Shown piece after piece: positions 51,900 to 64,000 of a stretch of DNA of 64,000 nucleotides (its first letter is position 1; each line of letters opens with the position of its first letter). The notes under the pieces are model-generated. The model made no database searches. It worked only from the letters and a program-made list of their open reading frames with translations, and was not told where the DNA came from. Source of the stretch: Haliotis rubra (Eukaryota); NCBI RefSeq assembly GCF_003918875.1, contig NW_025765103.1, positions 806,001 to 870,000 of the forward strand. The letters are read 5' to 3'. Position numbers and translations under genes: made by a program.

Positions 51900-53640
51900 T
51901 ATACTATTGTACACAGGATGTACTGTGAAATATATATATCATTGTACACAGGATGTACTGTGGAGTATATACCATTGTACACAGGATGTATTGTGGAGCA
52001 TATATACCATTGTACACAGGATGTATTGTGAAGTATATACCATTGTACACAGGATGTATTGTGGAGTATATACCATTGTACACAGGATGTATTGTGGAGT
52101 ATATACCATTGTACACAGGATGTATTGTGGAGTATATACCATTGTACACAGGATGTATTGTGTAGTATAGATATCATTGTACACAGGATGTACTGTGGAG
52201 TATATACCATTGTACATAGGATGTATTGTGGAGTATATACCATTGTACACAGGATGTATTACCATTGTTACACAGAGTATATACCCATTGTACACAGGAT
52301 GTATTGTGGAGTATATATATCATTGTACACAGGATGTATTGTGGAGTATATACCATTGTACACAGGATGTATTGTGGAGTATATACCATTGTACACAGGA
52401 TGTATTGTGGAGTATATACCATTGTACACAGGATGTATTGTGGAGTATATATATCATTGTACACAGGATGTATTGTGGAGTATATACCATTGTACACAGG
52501 ATGTATTGTGGAGTATATACCATTGTACACAGGATGTATTGTGGAGTATAGATATCATTGTACACAGGATGTATTGTGGATATATATCATTGTACACAGG
52601 ATGTATATATACCATTGTACACAGGATGTATTGTATACCATTGTACACAGGAGTATATATATACATTGTACACAGGATGTATTGTGGAGTATATACCATT
52701 GTACACATACCATTGGGATGTATTGTGGAGTATATATATCATTGTACACAGGATGTATTGTGGAGTATATACCATTGTACACAGGATGTATTGTGAAGTA
52801 TATACCATTGTACACAGGATGTATTGTGGAGTATATACCATTGATGTATTGTGGAGTATAGATATCATTGTACACAGGATGTATTGTGGAGTATATACCA
52901 TTGTACACAGGATGTATTGTGGAGTATAGATATCATTGTACACAGGATGTACTGTGGAGTATATACCATTGTACACAGGATGTATTGTGGAGTATATACC
53001 ATTGTACACAGGATGTATTGTGGAGTATATACCATTGTACACAGGATGTATTGTGGAGTATAGATATCATTGTACACAGGATGTATTGTGGAGTATATAC
53101 CATTGTACACAGGATGTATTGTGGAGTATATACCATTGTACACAGGATGTATTGTGGAGTATATATATCATTGTACACAGGATGTACTGTGGAGTATATA
53201 CCATTGTACACAGGATGTATTGTGGAGTATATACCATTGTACACAGGATGTATTGTGGAGTATAGATATCATTGTACACAGGATGTATTGTGCAGTATAT
53301 ACCATTGTACACAGGATGTATTGTGAAGTATATACCATTGTACACAGGATGTATTGTGGAGTATAGATATCATTGTACACAGGATGTATTGTGGAGTATA
53401 TACCATTGTACACAGGATGTATTGTGGAGTATATACCATTGTACACAGGATGTATTGTGGAGTATAGATATCATTGTACACAGGATGTACTGTGCAGTAT
53501 ATACCATTGTACACAGGATGTATTGTGGAGTATAGATATCATTGTACACAGGATGTATTGTGGAGTATATATACCATAGTACACATGATGTATTGTGGAG
53601 TATATACCATTGTACACAGGATGTATTGTGGAGTATACTT
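51900..53640. repeat. Minisatellite, 33/35-bp unit TATACCATTGTACACAGGATGTATTGTGGAGTA with 101-bp (33+33+35) higher-order periodicity
   Basis: Tandem copies; ORFs recur at 101-bp offsets. Confidence 0.96.
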
Positions 53641-54869
53641 TTGACAGACTCTGTTTTCCTACATGAGGGAGACATTCAACTTTATATTCAACTTCACATT
53701 CAACTTCACATTCAACTGTAAATATCTAATATTGACTGAAGCATCGTTTTTCAAGATTGGGTGAAATCTACCCAACTTGAGAAATGTGTGTTAACACTGA
53801 TTCACCACCTTGTTAAGAAACCTGACACCAGAAGCGCTAAACCCAATCTGGGACAGACACTGAGGATCAAACTTCAAAATGAGAAGTCATGACACGAATG
53901 TCCCACTTGAACAAGGGAGTCAGTGGTCGTTGAATTCTATTCAAGACGTTTCTATAGGTGATGCTTGTTTATATGGTCAGGGCCAAGCTTGAATGACCAG
54001 TGGCCTTGGTACCTGACGCTAACTTGACCAATCAAAATCTCCATGCCAATTACTCGGACAATTTGACGTGTCTTCCGAAATCCCCCTTCTTGAAGTAGTC
54101 TCACGGTCCATTGACAGAGCTCTTGTTACTGATGTCATTAAACAATGGCTGTGTCAGGGATTGAGGAAGGGGGGAAAACTTGTCGATTTTTCAGTGCTCT
54201 TATCTCAGACGTGAACGATGGAACAATGAAATGTACGCCTCTGGCAAAATGTTATCTGACGTGTCAGGGAATTTATCTGTTGGGATTGTGTTGTTCGTGT
54301 TATTACTATTTTAAACTGCACTAGCCAACCATGATGGACATCTCTGAATGGCACTTGTTTAGAAATCACTATCGGAACATGTCGTCTTTAATGAAATCAA
54401 CAATAGGACCACAGGGAGAAATATTGGCGAGGAAATACCATTAAATCAAACAATGGCAAATATATCTTAACTGGTCATTCTCAGCTGTGATTTGCTGAAA
54501 CATTTCACAATTAGTTCCTGGACAACATCACAGTATATTTTTGTTATTTTGAAGTGTTGACACCTGTAAATACAGAAGATGAAAATGACAATAGGTGCTA
54601 ATTGGTTGAAAAGAGCGTGGAAAAGGTCATCCAGGGATGTAGGCTACAAGGAAAGGTCATATTTGTTGAGACAGATCACAGACTTCGACCTGTTTCAGCA
54701 ACAACTTTAACTCCAACTCTGCTTTAGAACCAAGTGAAAACACTACTAGGAGACATTAAAGCAGGAAAGTTGGGTTGGTAACATTTAGTTAACATGGAGA
54801 TGACTGTTGCTTTAATTTATTGCCCCACACTACACCAAAATCTGGTCATTTTCACGTTTCCAGGTTGAA

Positions 54870-55740
54870 GTGAGTGGACATCATATATTGTAAGCATATG
54901 TGTAATTGATTGCCCTCTCTTCCCCCAGCCAGATGAGTGAGTGAGTGAGTGAGTGAGTGAGTGAGTGAGTGAGTGAGTGAGTGAGTGAGTGAGTGGACAT
55001 CATATATTGTAAGCATATGTGTAATTGATTGCCCTCTCTTCCACCAGCCAGATGAGTGAGTGAGTGAGTGGACATCATATATTGTAAGCATATGTGTAAT
55101 TGATTGCCCTCTCTTCCAGCCAGATGAGTGAGTGAGTGAGTGGACATCATATATTGTAAGCATATGTGTAATTGATTACCCTCTCTTCCCCAGCCAGATG
55201 AGTGAGTGAGTGAGTGAGTGAGTGAGTGGACATCATATATTGTAAGCATATGTGTAATTGATTGCCCTCTCTTCCACCAGCCAGATGAGTGAGTGAGTGA
55301 GTGGACATCATATATTGTAAGCATATGTGTAATTGATTGCCCTCTCTTCCCCAGCCAGATGAGTGAGTGAGTGAGTGGACATCATATATTGTAAGCATAT
55401 GTGTAATTGATTGCCCTCTCTTCCCCCAGCCAGATGAGTGAGTGAGTGAGTGGACATCATATATTGTAAGCATATGTGTAATTAATTGCCCTCTCTTCCC
55501 CCAGCCAGATGAGTGAGTGAGTGAGTGAGTGGACATCATATATTGTAAGCATATGTAATTGATTGCCCTCTCCCCCAGCCAGATGAGGTGAGTGAGTGAG
55601 TGGACATCATATATTGTAAGCATATGTGTAATTGATTGCCCTCTCTTCCCCCAGCCAGATGAGTGAGTGAGTGAGTGAGTGGACATCATATATTGTAAGC
55701 ATATGTGTAATTGATTACCCTCTCTTCCCCCAGCCAGATC
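54870..55740. repeat. Composite array: constant ~58-bp unit GGACATCATATATTGTAAGCATATGTGTAATTGATTGCCCTCTCTTCCCCAGCCAGAT separated by variable (GAGT)4-15 tracts, 11 units
   Basis: Directly visible. Confidence 0.95.
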
Positions 55741-57666
55741 TGTACTGTAGGCTTGACAGGGTCGTTTCTGAGTGAGTGNNNNNNNNNNNNNNNNNNNNNN
55801 NNNNNNNNNNNNNNNNNNNNNNNNNNNNNNNNNNNNNNNNNNNNNNNNNNNNNNNNNNNNNNNNNNNNNNNNNNNNNNNNNNNNNNNNNNNNNNNNNNNN
55901 NNNNNNNNNNNNNNNNNNNNNNNNNNNNNNNNNNNNNNNNNNTGTTTCTTGTATGGGTTCTATTTTGGGTTTAAAGATGATTTGAACAGTATTTAAGTAT
56001 TTCACAGCATTTCAAGGTTGTAAATTAGATTAGTAGTTACCTTAGAATGAAGAGTAAAACATGAACTGAAATGAACAAAAAGATTGAAAAAAAAAAAAAG
56101 TTGCAGGCGAAAATGAAAAATAAAAGTAAAAAGAAAATGATGTGTAAAATATTCATGATGATGTAGCTCCCAATGCCCTCACTATGGCACACTGTGACAT
56201 CTCAGGTGGAGCTACTTCTCAATGTCACCAATATTCAAGGAGGAAAAGCTCACTTAGCATGAGCCAATTCAACCTGTTCTACACCCTACCTATTGTCCTA
56301 CTTGTAGTACAGTATTAATACAGCTGTATCACGGTACATGAATATAACATCCATCTTTCTAAAAAAACTTCTCCAAACAAATTCGGTCACATCTACTTTT
56401 TACCTTTATTCTCTATGCACGTACATTTTCATACATGTTGGTATGATCATCTACATATTTCTTTTAAAAGAGCAAAATACACACAGTAGTATATCAGACA
56501 GCTGTGAAAGGACTGACGTCACACTCTTGTCAAGACAGAATAGCTTAGGATACAAATCTCGACTGAAATGGGTTAATGTATTGAATAGAATATTTTGGGA
56601 GGAAAACTGCATTAATAAATTCATAGAAAACAACAGCGAAAAACCTGTCTACATTGTGTAGCCCTTGAGATGGGAGAACGCTTGAGGACATCTAAACTAC
56701 AGGTGCACGTTGTTAAAATATATACCTGTCTCGAGTAAGGTGAAAAATATCATTCAACCGCAAATGATTAAATCTACAGGTTTCTCTCCTGGCTTTGTCA
56801 AGCGTGCAAGTAACTGTGACTGGTTATAATGGCCGAACCGGTGGAAAGATGAGCTGGTCATATGTAAAGAAACAGCTACAGACCGGCCAGTGTTTGTGAC
56901 GACTCAAGCGAGGACAGGGTGCTTTAGAAATTCAGACTTGGAGAGCTGCTAAAGAAAGTACGACTTGTGGTGAGCTGGGCGCAAAGTCCATCTTCAAAGA
57001 AGCTGCATAATGTACTCATCGTTTAGAAATGTATTCAAAAGACTGTCATCACATGAATCTTGTATTCGTGAAACATGCACGCTTGTAGAGATGACCTGGT
57101 TCACAATATACGTACCAACAACACGTGCAGCGGTGCTGGAGAGGGTTTCTTTAAGACCATCAATGGCGGTTCTTTTGAATGGAAAGATAACGTTACAGCC
57201 CGTGTGACAAGAGGGGATGGCGGCATCTTAAATGTACAATGAAATTGCAAAAGAGGCTTCTAGTATTTCACAGGGGGAGATTTCAGAATGTTCAGAAGAT
57301 ACGTAGTCTGGTCAATTAGAAACACGGATGTCCAAGATGGGTGTGTAAACAGATATTTAAAGGGACAGTAGCAGTAAGCTGATCGTGCTGAATAAGGGGT
57401 TTAACTGGAATTTGTGGTCAGCTCCTTCTTCTATTTCTGGGGCTGGTTAAAGTATTATAAACTCTATTTGGTACAGTGAATTGTTTACTATACTGAACAT
57501 AGAACATCAGCGATCAGGATTATTTGTTTGGGTATTTATTTTTTGTAAGACCGAGTACACAATTCGATAATCAATTCCCTTAGAAATATTCATGATCCAT
57601 TACTTTTCCGTTCATCATAGCTGTGAGGTGAAGTTGAGATCAAGACAGCTTGAGGCTTGTGATGCT

Positions 57667-57801
57667 CTTAGTAATATTCCAGCAATATCACAGCGGGGGA
57701 CACCAGAAATGGCTTGACACACTGTACCCATGTGGGTAATCGAACCCAGGTCTTCAGCATGACAAGCGAACACTTTAACCACTAGGCTACCCCACCGCCC
57801 C
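57667..57801 (-). mobile_element. Family A SINE, tail truncated and CpG-decayed
   Basis: Reverse complement of the family A head and body. Confidence 0.88.
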
Positions 57802-58697
57802 TCACACCACTAAGTCATTCAAGTGAGTACAATTTATGGTGGATCATTCGTCATAAGTTTGTGTGGACTTTTTGTCCAAACGTTGGCCAAGATCATTGAT
57901 ACATGTGATTATATAAAACTTGTTACTTGAAACCAACATTTAAATGGCTACAAGTAATATTTTAAACTCCTTTGGACAAATTATATTTTGAGACAAGATA
58001 TCGCATGGCTCTCCTGGCTGACCCAGGTACAATACCTTTACTCCCTCCAGGCCTGTGTGACAAAGAAAGGTGATCTGTTCCTGTTAGTAACTCTCTCACT
58101 GTATATGCTTCATACGTAATTCAAACTGCTATTCATATATTGAAATCGAGAGGAAAAGAAGAGATAAACTCCCTTTGATAAGCAAGTAAATAAGAGTTCT
58201 GAGGGGAGATTCATGGAAATAGTCATCCAATGGATGCATCTAGTGTCGAGTGTGCCGTGTAAACATCCCTATTGTTGCTCATTGTAACGATCTGTATGTA
58301 TATACAAGTGTCAACACAACCTGAGGATGACCCTTGGAGTGCAGACAATACCAAACACTGCTTACTTTGTTATGCTGGCTACTAAAGAATAATATTTCTT
58401 TTCCCTTGGCGTAATCCTTCGTGTATGGAACGTACGCTTCTGAAGTTTCATGTTTAAATTTCATGATATGCTTGTTTCTCATGTAACAGCCAGGGTCAGT
58501 TGGTTTGCACTTGATTACAACTGTATGGGTTTAAGTTGTTAATGAATATAAATAATAAAAGAGCTTGAGATTAATATTTATAACATTTCTTTATCTGATT
58601 GTGAAGCTAATTCCTAAGGAAAATATATTTACAAGACTGTTTTTAATATGTCGTCTCGAGCACTAATTGACTTCCACATTTCCATACACTGAGATCT

Positions 58698-59425
58698 GTT
58701 GGGAGTGTGGTTCATGAACATATTGTGATGTTTATATATGTTGGGAGCGTGGTTCATGAACATATTGTGATGTTTATATATGTTGAGAGGGTGGTTCATG
58801 AACATATTGTGATGTTTATATATGTTGAGAGTGTGGTTCATGAACATATTGTGATGTTTATATATGTTGAGAGGGTGGTTCATGAACATATTGTGATGTT
58901 TATATATGTTGAGAGTGTGGTTCATGAACATATTGTGATGTTTATATATGTTGAGAGTGTGGTTCATGAACATATTGTGATGTTTATATATGTTGAGAGT
59001 GTGGTTCATGAACATATTGTGATGTTTATATATGTTGAGAGTGTGGTTCATGAACATATTGTGATGTTTATATATGTTGGGAGTGTGGTTCATGAACATA
59101 TTGTGATGTTTATATAAGTTGGGAGAGTGGTTCATGAACATATTGTGATGTTTATATAAGTTGGGAGTGTGGTTCATGAACATATTGTGATGTTTATATA
59201 TGTTGGGAGTGTGGTTCATGAACATATTGTGATGTTTATATAAGTTGGGAGTGTGGTTCATGAACATATTGTGATGTTTATATAAGTTGGGAGTGTGGTT
59301 CATGAACATATTGTGATGTTTATATATGTTGGGAGTGTGGTTCATGAACATATTGTGATGTTTATATATGTTGGGAGTGTGGTTCATGAACATATTGTGA
59401 TGTTTATATATGTTGGGAGTGTGGT
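58698..59425. repeat. Minisatellite, 42-bp unit GTGTGGTTCATGAACATATTGTGATGTTTATATATGTTGGGA, ~17 copies
   Basis: Tandem copies. Confidence 0.96.
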
Positions 59426-59469
59426 ACCCTTGTCCTCAAAAAGGAAGGAGCACAGACCTCAAATCTACC

Positions 59470-60310
59470 ATGGAAGGGGCACAGAAATCCTCTCCAACCA
59501 GAGTCTTCGAGGAAGGGGGACAGAAATCCCCCCTCAGCCAGGAGTCTCTATGGAAGGGACACAGAAATCACCCTCCACCAAGAGTCTCTATGGAAGGGAC
59601 ACAGAAATCACCCTCCACCAAGAGTCTCTATGGAAGGGACACAGAAATTACCCTCCACCAAGAGTCTCTATGGAAGGGACACAGAAATCACCCCTCCACC
59701 AAGAGTCTCTATGGAAGGGACACAGAAATTACCCTCCACCAAGAGTGTCTATGGAAGGGACACAGAAATCACCCTCCACCAAGAGTCTCTATGGAAGGGA
59801 CACAGAAATCACCCTCCACCAAGAGTCTCTATGGAAGGGACACAGAAATCACCCCCACCAAGAGTCTCTATGGAAGGGACACAGAAATTACCCTCCACCA
59901 AGAGTCTCTATGGAAGGGACACAGAAATCACCCCCCACCAAGAGTCTCTATGGAAGGGACACAGAAATTACCCTCCACCAAGAGTCTCTATGGAAGGGAC
60001 ACAGAAATTACCCTCCACCAAGAGTCTCTATGGAAGGGACACAGAAATTACCCTCCACCAAGAGTCTCTATGGAAGGGACACAGAAATTACCCTCCACCA
60101 AGAGTCTCTATGGAAGGAACACAGAAATCACCCTCCACCAAGAGTCTCTGAAGAAAGAGGACAGAAATTCCACCCAGCCAGGGGTTTCTTTGTAAGGAGC
60201 AAAGAAAACCCTCCAACAAGAGTCTCTGGGGAATGGGGACAGAAATTCCCCTCAGCCAGGGGTTTTCTTTGTAAGGAGCAAAGAAATCCCCCTCCACCAA
60301 GAGTCTCTGT
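59470..60310. repeat. Minisatellite, 40-bp unit ACAGAAATTACCCTCCACCAAGAGTCTCTATGGAAGGGAC
   Basis: Tandem copies with degenerate edges. Confidence 0.95.
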
Positions 60311-61294
60311 GTAAAATGGCATGCAGGTCCTAGGAAGATCTTTATCTCAGAGCATATACAAAGTTGTGTTCCAGTTCAGACTAAAATACTCTAATGACAA
60401 AATAATGTAACACGATGACCTTGAAACATGGGCTGTGATGGTCGTCGTGCACATCACTTGACTGTCGTCATGCAGGTTCTCAGTGCACCTCTGCATGTCT
60501 TTGTTATGTAAGAAGAATGACCACTCCATCAGAAGGTTACCTGTACAATACCTTGAGACTGCATGTATACAAGCTGGTAGTGAAAGATAACACTCCCCCA
60601 CCTTCAACACATCTCTTCATCAAACTTGAAAACCACTAATGAAGCAAATATCTTTTAGAATTGACAAGTCGTACATTTCAGTGACATTTCGAAGGTGGAG
60701 ATGCCAATAGAGCTGTATATTGATACAACATGATATAAGCCCCAGACATCCATGTTAATAACATGTGCTTGTAGGCTTCATTCATGTTTGCAGACCTTAT
60801 TAAACACATCACATGGCCGTTCTTCCACTTACGCACATGCTGAAAGTTTCAGATCTAATATATACCTACTTCACACAGGTGAAGGTGTTCTCCTATTCAT
60901 GGGAGCACATGCAATATCTTATTGCACTCCAACATCAATTTTGTCACATGTGCCCATGCAAATGCAATCGTCTATTTCTGTGTTTCTGTCAGCCAAGCCA
61001 GGTCAGCTAACAATGTATATTTACATACATAAATAAGGGTTCGCTAAAAAGTGAATGTCAACACATTTGTAAAATATGATATTAAAACCTTTAATCTGAT
61101 GTTCAAACAAAGTTCAGGTAGGTCACAGTCAAAAGTTAGTCATGTAAGCATGTTTAATCCTTTGTAGCTGTCTCTTTCACAAACAGCCTTTGGAGAGTCA
61201 GAGAAGCATGCCTGCTTTGTAAAGCATGAATTTGAACATTCACTAGTCCAGAACAACCCCTTCTTTCAAGGAAACCTTTGAATTCATTGTGTGG

Positions 61295-61800
61295 TTATGG
61301 AGAAACTGCGTAGCTATGGATTTCATTGTGTAGCTATGGAGGCACCAAGTCACTATGGAGACACTCTGTAGCTATGGATTTCATTTTGTAGCTATGGAGA
61401 CACCGAGTCACTATGGAGACACTCTGTAGCTATGGATTTCATTGTGTAGCTATGGAGACACCAAGTCACTATGGAGACACTCTGTAGCTATGGATTTCAT
61501 TGTGTAGCTATGGATTTCACTGTGTAGCTATGGAGACACTGTAGCTATAGAGACACTGTGTAGCTATGGAGACACTGTGTAGCTCTGGATTTCATTGTGT
61601 AGCTATGGAGATACTGTGTCACTATGGAGATACTGTGTAGCTATGGATTTCATTGTGTAGCTATAGAGACACTGTGTAGCTATGGAGACACTGTGTAGCT
61701 CTGGATTTCATTGTGTAGCTATGGAGATACTGTGTCACTATGGAGATACTGTGTAGCTATGGATTTCATTGTGTAGCTATGAAAACACTGTGTAGCTCTG
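61295..61800. repeat. GTAGCTATGGA-based ~20-bp repeat with higher-order blocks
   Basis: Tandem copies. Confidence 0.92.
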
Positions 61801-61994
61801 GGGACATGGGTAAAGTCAGTGACAACATTTGTTAAAATAACTTTAAATTTATTGACATGACAAAGAGAGAGAGAAATGAAAAAGGGTAAATTAGTGACAA
61901 GAGAAATATGGAGAGATTGAGAAATTTTGTTTAACACAGTATGTCCTTCTGAAAGAGTGAATGATATTGTGTCAGAGGAGAGCCTAACTTTTCC

Positions 61995-62810
61995 TCACTC
62001 ACTCACAAAGCATTTACCCATTCACTCACCTACAAGCTCCTACTCACTCACTCACTCGCTAACATACACACTCACTCACTCACATTCCAACAGTCTCTCA
62101 CTCACTCACTCACTAACATACACTCTCACTCACTCACCTTCCAACACACTCGCTCACTCACCTTCCAACACACTCACTCAGTCACTCACTCACTCCCTAG
62201 CATACACTCTCTCACTCACCTCACAAAACATTGGATCACTCACTTCCAACACACTCTCTTACCCACCTTCCAACACTCACTCACTAACTCACTCACCCTC
62301 CAACACACTAACTCACTCCTCCAACACACTTACTCATTCACCCTCCAACACACTCACTCACTTACCTTCCAACACACACTCACCCTCCAACACACTAACT
62401 CACTCACCCTTCCAACACACTTCCACTCACTCCTTCACCTTACTCACCTTCAACACACTCACTCACTCACTTACCTTCATCAACACACTCTCCAACACAC
62501 TCACCTTCCAACTCACTCACCCTTCAACACACTCTCACTCACTTCACCTTCCAACACACCTTCACTCACTTACTTCACTCACCTTCCAACACACACTCAC
62601 TCACAAACACTTCCGACACACTCACTCCTCACTCACCTTCAACACACTACTTCATCAGCACCTCTATACTTTACACCTTCCAACACACTCACTCACTCAC
62701 TCCTAACGTTCAATACTTCATCAGCACCTCTATACTTTACACCTTCCAACACACTAACTCACTCACTCCAAACGTTCAATACTTCATCAGCACCTCTATA
62801 CTTCACTTTA
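61995..62810 (+). repeat. (ACTC)n/CCTTCCAACAC low-complexity array, ending in about three copies of a unique-sequence-plus-ACTC unit
   Basis: Directly visible. Confidence 0.88.
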
Positions 62811-64000
62811 CAAACACCCAGTAATCCTGCAGTGTTCATGAAGTCTATGCTATAGTTAACAAGAGTACATCACTACCCTCCAGTCTCTAGCCATGCTCCG
62901 TCTCGCTTCAAACATACCCCACTCTTCACCAGGCACCTTGTTCATCCACTTGCTGTATTTAAAATTCCCTTAAGGAAATAATCTGTTCATATAAAGTCTT
63001 CTTGCTTTTATTTCAGTTCTACAAACCCTGTATAAATATTCCTTCACTGCACACAAGCCACACCCTCCATGCTAATAGAGAGCATGCTTAGGATTCAAGA
63101 TTACTGTTTATTCAGAACACTTGGCAAATTGCTCACATTTTGTGAAATATTCATATCAAACCAGCTTTTATTGTAATACGATGCACATGAACCCAATTTG
63201 CAAGAATTCAAAATTTCCACTCACTTTGAAGACATATTGAATACATATATTAGTGGACATAGCCAAGCTTCCCAACGCCGCCATGTGGCTTGACAACCGA
63301 GAGTTGAGTTTTTTACCTGATGTGATAATTGACAGCAAGTTGCAACAGCCTGCATTCAGAGGTGCAGTGCAGCTGACTGGTTTGAAATGTCTTATATCAA
63401 GAATTTCTCTTGAGTCACATTCTCCATTACACTCAATGTTTTGGACATTTCACAGAAAGGTCTCATTAGAAATAAAATTGGCCTTACTGCCATGGAAACA
63501 TTGGAATGTTGTACAATGTTTGATTTATCAAACATTTGATTCATTATATACTTTACTTATGAAATGTTTCAGTTCTCACAAACTTAAAGTTAAAGGCTAA
63601 ATTTCTGCCAAATCAAGACAAGACTTCTAATATCTGAGGTAACTTCATTTCATTTCTCTTACATTTAAACTATTCACAGTGTACTCCTAACGTAAATATC
63701 CCATCTGAGCTATTGGGTAGAGACTAAATATACTCATCAAAACAAGTTAGGGAGCAGGCGAGCTTCATATCACTGTAGTTAACCTGCCATTGTATGAAAG
63801 CATGCAGTGGTCTTAACTTCTTTGAACAGTATAGGATTCATACTCAGGGCTTCTCAAAGCTAAAGACAATATATCACCATATATTTATTTGAATAAATGG
63901 TGAATGTTGTTTACTAGATTTGATGAAAAGAAATAAATTGTGAGACTGCACAATAAACAGAGATGGCCTTGCAACTCTGCACTTCCACCAGCTCCATTAC

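Noticed and set aside
54870-55740. CRISPR-like repeat/spacer look
   Set aside because: The spacers are only (GAGT)n, there are no cas genes, and the context is eukaryotic.
51884-60314. Repetitive ORFs in the 33-, 42- and 40-bp arrays
   Set aside because: Tandem-repeat artefacts with no splice or domain support.

Overview
Repeat-rich eukaryotic DNA with three assembly gaps (10590-10729, 25393-25530, 55779-55942). The SINE types and their (ACTC)n tails suggest a mollusc, possibly abalone (Haliotis); this is an inference. No protein-coding gene can be named, and nearly all long ORFs in the track are artefacts of stop-poor tandem repeats. What is supported: (1) more than 20 unrelated minisatellite arrays, several with higher-order structure. 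(2) Two interspersed retroposon families share one 3' tail, GCTGGAATATTGCT...GCGGCGTAAAAC-(ACTC)n. Family A has a tRNA-like head. Family B has no tRNA head and starts with a conserved ~67-nt sequence that can fold into a multi-stem RNA with a loop-loop pseudoknot; this candidate ribozyme or cis-element is the most interesting signal. A third, V-SINE-like copy has had its tail amplified into a 52-bp satellite. (3) Three MITEs: hAT-like with an 8-bp TSD, PIF/Harbinger-like with a TAA TSD, and a short fold-back element. (4) A CpG-rich, probably bidirectional promoter at ~28.75-28.95 kb marks an apparent switch from CpG-retaining to CpG-depleted DNA. (5) A few low-confidence exon candidates, some embedded within satellite arrays.
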